Source: Tricharina praecox
Taxonomy: Eukaryota
Reading direction: 5' to 3'
DNA: 64,000 nucleotides
NCBI RefSeq assembly: GCF_024521635.1
Contig: NW_026250403.1
Location: 1,674,001 to 1,738,000 of the forward strand
The position numbers were made by a program, and so were the translations under genes. Shown here piece after piece: positions 53,350-64,000 of this stretch. The first letter of the stretch is position 1, and each line of letters opens with the position of its first letter. The notes beneath the pieces were generated by a model. It saw only the letters and a program-made list of their open reading frames with translations. It did not search any database and was not told where the DNA came from.

Positions 53350-54755
53350 ACGGTCCTTTAGACCCGAGGTGTGGGTTGCGTAGTTAAAATTTCCTGAGGC
53401 AATCTAATTTTGAGATTGCCAACTTTTGTTTTTTCTTCTTCAGTTTTTCAGTTTTTCATTTTTTCATTTTTTTGTTGTTCATGATACCATTTAGTAGAAG
53501 ACAGCGGTGTAGGGAAATATGTGTGCTCTTGTGGAAATAATGCGTGGCAGGTGGCAGCTTAGATTCAGGTATAGATGTTCTTCTGGAATCTGATGTCGTT
53601 TTACCCTAGGGAGGATGCCACAGACGGGGATTGATCTGGATATTAGAGTCCATGCATTCAATTCATACTGCTGAAAGACGTCCTTTTCTACAGAACAAAA
53701 CTGTGCTACTTCTTCATATGCACAATTGATCAGTGGACCATAGGTCGATCAAAACAAGCCCTCCCTCCCCCATGGTAGGTGCACTCAAACGGCCCACCGC
53801 ATGTTACGCCCCTCTCCACCACCCCTTCGCATCCCTTCCCAGCTCCACCGTACCGAACCCCAGCCTGGTACACACCCCGCCGCCTCACCACCTCACCTCC
53901 CTATCGACCCAATGATAGCCACTCGGCGCCCACTTATCGTTCTCGTTCTCGTTCTCCCCACGGCGGGCATCTTCGTTCCTCTTCAGCGCACGCAGAGCCC
54001 AGTACCCCACCATCTCCTTCTCGGCGACCATCTGCTCGGCGTGCCGCCCGAGTTGGACTTCGGCGGGATGGGGAGGCTGAAGAGCATCGTTAGGTTCGAG
54101 AGCGGGTGCGGTGTGGTGGGGTGGGAGTGGGGGGAATTGAGGGATTGGGGAAAATTCGGGAAGGACGACGATGGCGATGCCGGTGGGTACGGCCCCAAGG
54201 ACTCGCGCGAGGAGGGAGGGTGTGTAGGAAGAGAGGCCAATACGAGCGGAAGAGAAGAAGAAGAAGACGGAAGATATGCAAGATTTGCCCCCAGCAGTGG
54301 AAAGGCGTGTTCTGAACTACATACGTGGCCGAATGCTGTTGATACGACAAGACAGCAAAGTTTGGGTTTGTGAATGACGAAGGCGGGAGAGTTTGGATCC
54401 TCACGAAGAATGTATGCACGTCAAGTGCTTTAAGACTGACGGCGGGTCATAGAGCTAAACACGCCGTACTAACAATTTCATTCATGCTGAGCCGAAGCTG
54501 TTAACGTGGCGGTATGGTATATCAAGAATCGGGTCGTACATAGAGCTCTTGGAAGATTACCGTACGAGGCTTTACTCTATATGATCAGAATCCTCGCTCA
54601 TAATCTTTTGTCCCAGCGGAAGTGACAAAACGTCCGTCGATTCATCGCAGCTTGAGAACGGATGCTAGGTTATTTTGGTGGGACGGCTAGATACTGTATG
54701 GACTAAAACTTTAAACCATCCATCGACCTAGTGTGACCAAAAAAAAAACGACGAG

Positions 54756-54829
54756 TGACTTCACCCAGGCTCGATCTGGGGACCTTGTGTGTGTTAGACA
54801 CATGTGATAACCAACTACACCATGAAGCC
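54756..54829 (-). tRNA. tRNA-Val (AAC)
   Basis: 74-nt cloverleaf GGCTTCA TG GTGT AGTTGGTT ATCAC A TGTGT CTAACAC ACACA AGGTC CCCAG ATCGAGC CTGGG TGAAGTC A. Acceptor, anticodon and T stems pair fully. An oligo-T Pol III terminator lies about 7 nt downstream. Confidence 0.93.
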
Positions 54830-55714
54830 ATTGCGTGTCAGAGTTGGCTAGAACCAGATATGAAGACCACTCAATGTCTACAAGATACTCGAAATGGATA
54901 TTGCTCTCGCAGCACTGCGCGACATTGCGCGAGTGACACGTTGTGGATACGAGCACCCATCTGTTGTTGGGAACAGCAGCAAAGCAGCATAGTAAAAACT
55001 TCGTTTCCTCGCACAGCATCCAGGGAGATGATGTTTTTATTATAGAGGAAAACCCGAAGGTAAAAAACCTCTCCACGTAAGGGGCGGTATGTCAGTTCGC
55101 TCTGCTCTTGCCACGCTGTTGTGCTTGCTCTTGACTCTTAAATCTTGAATTTTGAAGGATTAAAAGCGGAGGTGGGGGGGTATAAAAGCGGAGGGAGGGA
55201 GGTATAAAATAGGAGGGAGGGAAGGAGAAGGAGTGGCTAAGGTAGGAGGGAAATCAGAGAGGAAGGACGGAGGAGGGGTATTTATCTGTGCGGGCTTGGA
55301 GGCTTGGAAGTTGATTTTCACTACTTGGTAGCAGATAGAATTTAGTTGGTCGAAGTTGAAGCACAAAGTGTAAGCTTGAAATGAGTGTGACTGTAAAACC
55401 CAATTACGTCTCAAGCCCGACGACCCCAGCAAAGATTCCCAGCTTCCCGGCACTGAAATTTGATCCTTCCGACATCACGACCGCCGTTACATACAACATG
55501 GCGTGAAGATGCGCCGAGTCCCTCGGGGAGTGAAGCTGGTACCGACTCCCTCGCTCGCAATAACATCCCGTGGGTTAGCAACCTCGGCAGGCTCGGCGGG
55601 ATCGAGTGTTTTACCAACCTTGATCTTCGTCGGTCGTACGATATTGCCATTGACGATATCTCACCATTAGCAAGCCCTAAAAGCAATTTTCCAAGTCCTG
55701 GACTAGAGAATATA

Positions 55715-56975
55715 CCATGTCGAGCCGTGTACTAAAGTCAAAAGCATTATGGCAGCCATCTATGAGGGCGCTTTTAACACGACACTCTTGACGAAAAAAT
55801 ACTAATATTAGTATTTTTCCCCCAAAATTCTCGTCGTAAAATAAGGCTTAGTCAGGGTTTTCAAATTCCCGCTCTTTTTGTTGAATATGGCTTCCACAAT
55901 CCTGAGTGCAGTGAAAATCAGTCCCGACTCGTAAGCCTTCTGCAACGCCTACTGGCCGGCCCGCCTTAGAATCTCATAAAGGTTCCATATGGGCTCTGTA
56001 GGGAATTTTGAAAAACAAGGATTAGTAAGGCTTATACGCTCATAAGTATTCCCTAATGACTTCTTCTGACAAGTCTCATCGCTTGCAATGCTTATCACTT
56101 ATCGATGCTCTTCATTTCAAGATGACTATCACTTGTTCCGTACCCTTATACACTTAAACTACTCTTCTTCCCCGCTTCCCAGTCCCCGGCCACCATTCCC
56201 ATACCGTCTCCCGCTCACTATAGTACTGTGTTCCCGTACCTCTCCTCGTCGTGGATAACTTGCTGGTATCGAGGGGAGGAAGTAGGAGAAGTGATGCAGG
56301 AGCTGTCAGCGAGACGATGAAGTGATGGAGGGCCTAGGAGGACATGTCAGCGAGAGGAGGAAGTGATAGGGGAGCTGTGGGCAAGAGGAGGAGCTGTCAG
56401 CGAGGCCATGAAGTTATGGAGGACCTATCTGGGACTGGACGGACGATTCCCAGGCCTGGTGATGGGGGAGCTGTGGGCGAGAGGAGGAGTTTGTTAGAAA
56501 GATGAAGAGGACGGGCCGTGGGCTCGAGAGTTTTAAACTGAAAAATAAGCTTCATCATATCTGTCTTCAGAAAACTCTGCGCCTAACCATACGCCGAGCG
56601 TGTGGCGCTCTAAGGATTTTCTGTCTCGAACTAATATATGCCATAATGCTTCAAAAAGCCTGCCAGTTTCACAGTCATTATTGTACGGCAGTGCTGTGTA
56701 TTTCAACAATAACAATATACGCCTGACGAAAGCTATGAGGCTTACAAAAGTGAGAAGGCCGATTTATGCGATGGTAGTTTTCGCTGCATAGGCATTATGT
56801 AGGAGTTACGACAATTTTAGGGAAATTGGAACATCAGCCTTATTTTGACATAGCCCTTACGGAGGCCTCACGAGTTCAACGTGCTTATAGCTGGCTTATA
56901 CGAGGACTGTTTTATTTCGTAAGCCTATTCAAGCCCTACATAAGGCTAACGACATTAGTACACGGCTCAATATGG
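55715..56975. mobile_element. Non-autonomous Tc1/mariner-like DNA transposon (about 1.26 kb)
   Basis: 25-bp TIRs CCATGTCGAGCCGTGTACTAAAGTC / GACATTAGTACACGGCTCAATATGG (22/25 match), flanked by TA on both sides. AT-rich subterminal regions and no transposase ORF. Confidence 0.8.
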
Positions 56976-57617
56976 TATGTATCTATTATGCTGCCCAAGG
57001 AGTTTCGGTAGGTTTTTGATCTGTAGCGAGGTATGGGCAGAAGCCTTGTCGGTGTTTGGTTGGCATGACTGCGGATTGGTGGGGTGAATCGATTCGCCGG
57101 AGTCTTGTTGTCTTGTTGCAGATCCGGGCTCATAACCTGTAGTTTGGGCGGTGCGGAAGTTCAGATCGTATGGACGGAAGGTTTGGTAGAGAGATAGAGG
57201 CGGAGAACAAGTGATTGAATTGACTGTTTTGCTTGGTAGAGATAGGAAAACGGCGGAAAACATGGGCGGTTTATATACAACAAAATGACAAGAGGTACAG
57301 TGCTATACAGAACGACACCTGTCTTCCAATCCTCGAGCTTTCTCTTCCCACATTGCGTATGCCCATTGCGAATAGCCATTGCGTGTCATATCTTCTCCCA
57401 CATTACGCGTCCTAGATTTTGAGTTTGCCAGGCTGTGGTGACGCACTTTTCTTCAGCAGTTTCGCAGCGGTCGGGCTGTCTGAGCGCCATGCGCGATAAC
57501 CACAGTCTGGTCTACTATCACCGCCGCACCGCCCATCGTGTGGAGTACCTAAGTAGGCATCGGTGTGTCTCGGGCAGGTTTCCACAGCGCGTATGCATAG
57601 CTCAGTGGAGATGAGTG

Positions 57618-58056
57618 CAATGTTCGACATAGTCCGGTCCGGGCTGAAGTCCGGACTGGACGGGCCGCCAAGATCTGGTCCCGTCCGGCCATTTGTACGG
57701 ACTGCTCAAAGGTAGTCCGTCCAGTCCAGTCCATAAATCTCGTGGACTGCAGTCGACTACAGTCCGATTTGCACTTGGTTCCACTTAAAAAAAAACACTT
57801 TTGGGTGCTGAAAATTGCCTATCACATGACATTCCAGCGCGTTCTTCTTCCATCGTGCCTTACTTTGGCGTGATTTTGCCAGTGCTAGAAGAAAAAAACT
57901 TGCTTCATCTCTTGGTTTTAGACTGCAGTTCGTCCTGGCCTCGATTTGTTTTGGACTAGGCAGTCCGTCCGAACACCGCTCCCGGACGGACTACCAAGAT
58001 ACAGTCCAGTCCCGTCCGAGGCTTAGGACGGACGGACTGGACTATGTCGAACACGG
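57618..58056. mobile_element. hAT-type MITE (439 bp)
   Basis: 24-bp TIRs CAATGTTCGACATAGTCCGGTCCG / CGGACTGGACTATGTCGAACACGG (21/24). Exact 8-bp TSD GATGAGTG at 57610-57617 and 58057-58064. Many subterminal GTCC/GGAC repeats. Confidence 0.92.
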
Positions 58057-61000
58057 GATGAGTGTTGATCGGACGGGGCGGTCGGTGGAAGGGAAGTCCA
58101 AATGCAGATGTTTCTGGCTTGTGCGTACATACCTCGTAGATACGTAGATTTCGGAATGGCATCCACTGTCAGATCACTACGGTACATATCTCGAGCTGTT
58201 CGACTTTGACAAGCGGCGAGAATCGAGGATATCTATTTAAAGTAGCATTGACTATTGGACTATTAAATCCAATCGGATGGGCCGGGCGACGGGCGTTCGT
58301 GCCGGTGTTGGTGTTAGATTTCGATGCGGCGACCGACAGCGCGGCTCGGGGCAAAGCCGGGGAATCGCTGGCTACAGAGAGAGACAGTGGTGATTAGCGA
58401 CCGGATCCACCTGGGGGAAGGAAGAGCTATCCCCGGTCCATGGCGAGGGCGCGAAGGAAGAGGCGGCTTGGCGTCATCGGTAAGCACCGGGGAGAGGAGA
58501 CCTTGTTGAGACCTGGTGGGTCCGATGTGTTATGCAGGTGGGACCCGATGCAGCCCGATGCGGTCGTTTGGACGTTGAATCCTTTCTGTTGTCACTATTC
58601 CTGTTCTTCCTGTTCTTCGGTTGGTCTCTTATCCTCATCGCCCTGTACATCATCATAATCATCATCAACGACCGAGAATTCTGCTTCAATTGATCACGCT
58701 TTTGTCCCTCACCTGCCATGGCCGGCTGACTGATCAAGCCTCCTCTTCCGAACGCGTCCGGTAACTACCGTACCTGCTCTACGCACTGCTGTTGTTTGAG
58801 GCACTCTGCAACTTCTCATGGCCGTCCTGGTCCGCAACGCAAACATCCTTTCGTTGTTTCCGTGTTCCACTCACCTCTAGACTCTACTATGATACCTAGT
58901 GCCCCTTTTTCTCCATGGAGTGCCAAGACGTGCATGTTGTCCCGTTCGAATGACTGATTCACTTTTCCAGAGCCAGCCGAAGGATTGTCGGTGGGGCGGA
59001 TAAATTGATCGATTGACCATTCGAAACAGAAGAAGCTAACGACCCTATTAGTGCGGCGCATGAAGTCCAACGGAGTCAGCATGGAGTCTGGACACCATCC
59101 GTATCATGTGTAACCACTCCACACACCACCCGGCGACATCTGTTGTTCTACATACATGCCCCCTTCCCCCACCGCTCGTCATTGCGTGGGCCCCCACTCG
59201 GAACAGGATAGGGATGAAGGGTGGAAGTGGAACATTGCACATTACACATTACAGCAGACAACTAACTAACTACACCGAGTCTCAGACATGTCATATCCTG
59301 TCCGGAATAGTCCCGTCTGGAAGGCTTGATTGGCCGGAACGCTTCGTCAAATACTTGGGCTGTCCCTGTGATCCTTCAGCATGAGCAGACGTTCGGAAGA
59401 TCCCTCTTCTTACCTGAAATGCATGGCTGTTGACTGTTGGAGGATTTGGCATTCGCACCATTCTCGGACTCGACCCGTCTCCTGCCCATGGGGTGGCTGG
59501 ACGTACATGGATACTGGTGGGGTCGGCCTCCCTTCGGTTCGGTTAAACTACTCGTTTCTCTTTACGATGTTTTTTTTTCTCCGACGCACTATCCGCGCTC
59601 GTTCCAGTACAGCTTTGGATGTTCTCGAAGTGTCTCCCATCCATCGGTCAGGACTGCAAGCCCCCCAGAAATGCGCAGGATGATCGAGCAGCCTTTCCTT
59701 TCCGCCGCGGCTTGCCTGCGAGAGGGTGCAGGTAACTGCGTGGTGCCGTGTACGGGTCGGCGAGTCATTTTGGCCGGCAACAGCAAAAAAATACGGTACA
59801 GCGGGACACCACGATTGAGCAATGAGAACTCGGTGACCCGTCTGCGCTAGGACCTCAGTGTCTCAACCGAACTGAACGCGCTCAACTCCGAGAAAGCCAG
59901 ATTTGGCGATCCCCATCACTGCTCGTAACGAATACGAATCGGCCGGAGCATCGAAACACTCGACTCCTCCATCCACGGCGGACTGAGGGAAAGTGCAACT
60001 TGCATGCTCTGGACCAGTGAAACCGTTGCTTCCCCAGATCTTGGCGGCGTCGATCCTGCCGACGCTATTCGACCGCATTCATCGGAGCGAGGGTGGGGGT
60101 GCCAACCTGCGAACCCTGGAATGCATATTTACATGCTTACTTGGTTACTAAGTAGCGTACATTAGTATCCTTCCCAGCCAACTGTCTCGGAGACGACACC
60201 GAGCTGATGTAGGGATTGCGCGGTAATCGTGTTAACAATTAGCGTCCTCTTTCTTCTTTTTCTTCCGCCGTGTACAGCAAACTCGTTCACGCCATTGTCT
60301 CGCTGCAGTACCTACCCCGTATCGATCCTGGTCTTTGATTCTCCTCCCATCCGGGGCCCCCGTGAGAATTGGGATCCATAACGAGCCCTTGTCCAATCCC
60401 CGCAACGACAAGTCAGATCCGCCAAGCGTCCGGGTTAGAGCGCTTTACTGGCAGGCTCGCTGGGGAGACCTATTACAATCGACTTTCTGTACTGGTCAAG
60501 TGTTTGCTCCTTTTTATGCCGCCGCACCTTTAAATACTGTCTTTCCACACCAGGCCCTGGGTGGCGTCAGGGAAATCCCCCGACTGGGAACTACCTAGAT
60601 TCCATTCGGTACGGTACTCTACTCTACCCAAGTACATACTTGGAAACTGGAATAGGAGACATCTGACACTCGGCGTCACCTAGGTAACTGCTCTACATAT
60701 CTACATGGTATTTTCTCTAGTCGGGATATTGCGTTCACGGCTCGCGGTCTTTCTTAGTTACTAGTTATAACTAGTATGTACTACCAGTACATACCTAGTG
60801 GACGTTGGCCGTCAGCACGTCACGGGAATTGGCGGACGGGTGAAACCACGGAGGGTTCGCCTTCTAGGGAGGCGAAAGACGCTAAAAGTCGGCAGTCGGC
60901 AGAGCGTACGGGTCCGTAGTGGAGATTCACCTGCTCGTCATGCGTAGATCGGAAAAGTTCAGGCGCCGAGCAGACATATACGAGGGGCCCGTGCCGAAAA

Positions 61001-62803
61001 TTGGGGAAGGGGGAGGGAAGGGGGACGATGGTGATTAGCAGTTGGCAGTTGGTCGACAGCGGGATGCCCTGGTATTTACAATCCATACCCCAACATTTCG
61101 CCCGTCTCGAACTTGCTGGTTTTCTCGAGGATTTCTCCGCTGCTCCATCTTGGTAGAGCACATGCGATGCAAGCTCCTTGAGTGGCGTCTGCAGATATTT
61201 GTGGCCAAGACATCGGATATCCAGTCCTTTCTCGGCAGTTTCCTTTTCACTCCTAAAGGGCTACATACGAAATGAAAAATCCTCTGCGCTCGTCGAAAAG
61301 GGAGGGCCATAGGCAAAACCACGACTGCATATGCGGGGCACAGACGACGGGGCTTACTCGGTAGACATAAACACTGTCACTGCTATGTACCCAAGTACCT
61401 ACTTCATCCAACGCTGTTTCCACGTCCTTTAGCTACCGAGTGCACGACGACCGACGGTTGAATGCACTCAAGCTGGGGGCCGATATCAGAGATATGTACA
61501 TGCCTGGGTTTCTGGGGCTGGACGGGTTCCGCAAAACCTTATCAGGACTTCATTTCGGGACCAACTAACTTCGGCCTGTGTCCGGCCGGCAGTCACCAGT
61601 GGCTTCTGGCCTCGGTGTGCACTCCTTTTGGGGCCGGTCGTGCTAGTTGCGGCGTGGTTGCGCGGACTGGAACTAACTAGCTGTCCCAAAGAGGTTTCCG
61701 TACCGATGATCTATGCGCTTTTGGGGTGTCCATCCCGATGTAAGTGTGATATCGGTACTCTTAGTAAGTACTTACCTAGATACATACCAAAGGATGCTCA
61801 TTGATGATTACCTAGATATGACACTTACTTTGCCATAGGGCGGGTTATGCCGAGCGGACTTGCCTATTCCTTCCCTCGTCAAAAATATTTCACGGCAACG
61901 AGGGGCGAGTGGGGGAGACTGGAGGTAGTCCGAATTTGGTTACCAGCAAGTAACAGCCCATCAGCCGGCTGAAGAAGGCTGGCTTATGGTGCGGGCATAG
62001 GTGGTGCGGCGGCGGCAAAGGATCCCTTAGTCGGCCGCACAGTCGCCTCACCATACCACTTGACATCAGCCCGACATCATAACCTACACACTAGTCGCCT
62101 CCACCCACCAATCTCCCCACCGCTGGTGTCGTAGCTCGGGGCCGTAGAAACAACTAAAGGGATGGGTGAACAGCGTAAACGAGTAGTCGAGCCACCTACT
62201 CTACATACCACTTAACGGTTGGACGCTGGAAAGAGATGGGGTATGTACTCTACAACATACGGTACCTTCCCAGGCCTCCCCAGCTGGCGGAACTTCGAAG
62301 TACTTTACATCACCACGACGTCCAAACACTGCTGAGCTGAGCGGAATGTCCCAAGCGAAGGTGGGAACCCGAAACCGAAGACATTAGCGTTTCTTCCGAT
62401 CCACCAACCGAATCACCAAGAAACCTTCCATCTGATCCTGATCCCCACTCTCCTGTATGCACTGACAGGCCTTGGGCTAGCTGCAGCCTGCAGCCTGCAG
62501 CCCATGGTTCCTGGGTTGTATCGGAGCCCATACCCCCCATCCCCTCCCCCCAGTCGGTGGTGATCACCCAGGGAAGGACGAGAAATTTCATGGGATCCCC
62601 GATCGCTGGCTCGATTTATGTACGGAGGGCTGTACCTTTTGGGCAGGATGAATAAATCTCGGAGCCTGCCCTCGCCCGTCAACCGATTTCCATAGCTACA
62701 TACTCGAGCTTCTACCCATACACACGCACATACATACCTACATACAACTACCGCAACCACCTTCACGACCAGTCATCCAGCCCTCCCCCCGAACGAATAC
62801 GTC

Positions 62804-64000
62804 ATGTCATTAAGTACGGAGAAAAGCGAATTCTTCCTTCAAAATACCCTCATACTCTACGCCATCGGAGCCGTGGCTGCGATCCTTCGAATCATCATTC
62901 GATGGCGTCTGATGCACCGACTCGGCGTCGAGGAATGGATCATGATATTCGGTCTCCTCTGCTGGACCGGCGACACGGCGTTAATCACAGTCACCGTGAA
63001 CAAGGGAACGAATCAAGTACCGAGCGACCATAGGTTGACAATGTCGCCACACCAGGTGCACGAGAGGGAAATCGGCTCCAAGTCCTTCATCACCGCATGG
63101 TTCCTCTACGTCACAGCGATCTGGGCGTGCAAGGCTGCCATCCTGATGTTCTACAAGCGCCTCACCGAGCGTGTCATGGAGCCAAAAATCAACATCGCCG
63201 CTGCAGGTACACTGGGATCCACCTATCTGGCCTGCATGCTCTCGCTTTGCTTCGTCTGTCGGCCGTTCTCTGGCAATTGGACCATATTCCCAGATCCCGG
63301 ACGTGAGTTGAACCTGCATTCAATCCCCCCACCACCACCCTGCTCGGTCAGTTTTTGATGCGGATTCTTTCCCCTCCATTAGCGGCTTGCACGGAAGGAT
63401 TACACTATGTGTGGATTGTCGGTGTCCTCAATATCATTACCGATCTGATGCTCCTCTGTATCCCGATCCCGCTCCTCATCCACCTTCAGGTGACTCTCAC
63501 ACGCAAGATCCTTCTGGGTGCTCTCTTCGGTCTCGGAATCTTTGTCGTTGTCGCCACTATTCTCCGCATCTATTTCACCGTGGTTGGTGGCAGCATCTCC
63601 AATATGACTTTCTGGTCCATGATCGGTATGTAACCCCTCCCCACTGGCACCTGAGCCGATCACGCATGACTGTATGCGCATAATTGTATAAATGTATTGT
63701 ACTGACTTGGTTTTCTCCTCGTCCTCTAGAAACCTCGACCCTATTCGTCGTTAGTAACGCCCCCGGAATCAAATCATTCTTCACCAGCAAGAAGAAGCAT
63801 AGCTCGAGCAACGGTAACTCGGGCAGCGGACTCTCCCGCTCGCACGAGATGAACAGCAGCATCGCGCACACACACTCCACCAATAACCACAACAAATCGC
63901 GAGTCCGCAATAGCATCACGGGCAACAACGGCAAGAGCACAAGCGATTCACAAGAATGGATTGTCGATCCCCAGAATCCCATGGTGATCCACCAGAGCAC
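62804..64000 (+). CDS. PTH11-like (fungal rhodopsin-domain) integral membrane protein, 3' end outside window
   Basis: Exons 62804-63302, 63383-63625, 63730 to beyond 64000. Motifs W.CK.AIL.FY.RL, CRPF..NW...P....C, NIITDL.LL.IPIP.L..L, LFGLG.FV..ATILR. No CFEM domain. Confidence 0.88.

Noticed and set aside
53779-54419. Possible small spliced gene on the minus strand
   Set aside because: A CTAAC...CAG acceptor is present, but I could not build a convincing start, donor or homology.
60568-61362. GGAAATCCCCC ... ACGGGGCTTACTC resembling RNase MRP CR-I/CR-V
   Set aside because: Imperfect CR-I, spacing of about 780 nt and no supporting helices found.

Overview
This is eukaryotic DNA from a filamentous ascomycete fungus. 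It has short GT-AG introns with CTRAC branch points, low gene density and many microsatellites; a Pezizomycetes-like origin is only an inference from gene density. Supported genes in order: a small orphan ORF (4.3 kb), a 9-exon 7-TM GPCR-like gene that needs a 2-nt micro-exon, a CNT nucleoside transporter divergent from an ADGF/ADA2-type adenosine deaminase, an SCP2 lipid-transfer protein, YME1, an AlkB-family dioxygenase divergent from LYS9, a tandem pair of tiny RING-H2-like genes (one frameshifted), a His-rich Ctr copper transporter, a degenerate tRNA-Val copy, a head-to-head THI6/THI20 thiamine pair, a large F-box protein with N-terminal repeats, an intact tRNA-Val(AAC), two non-autonomous DNA transposons (Tc1/mariner-like with TA TSD; hAT-like MITE with 8-bp TSD) and a PTH11-like receptor cut by the window end. 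I found no clearly new multi-gene system. The best leads are the micro-exon, the two divergent metabolic gene pairs with candidate cis-elements, the repeat array before the Ctr gene, and the mobile elements. Exon boundaries were inferred by eye.
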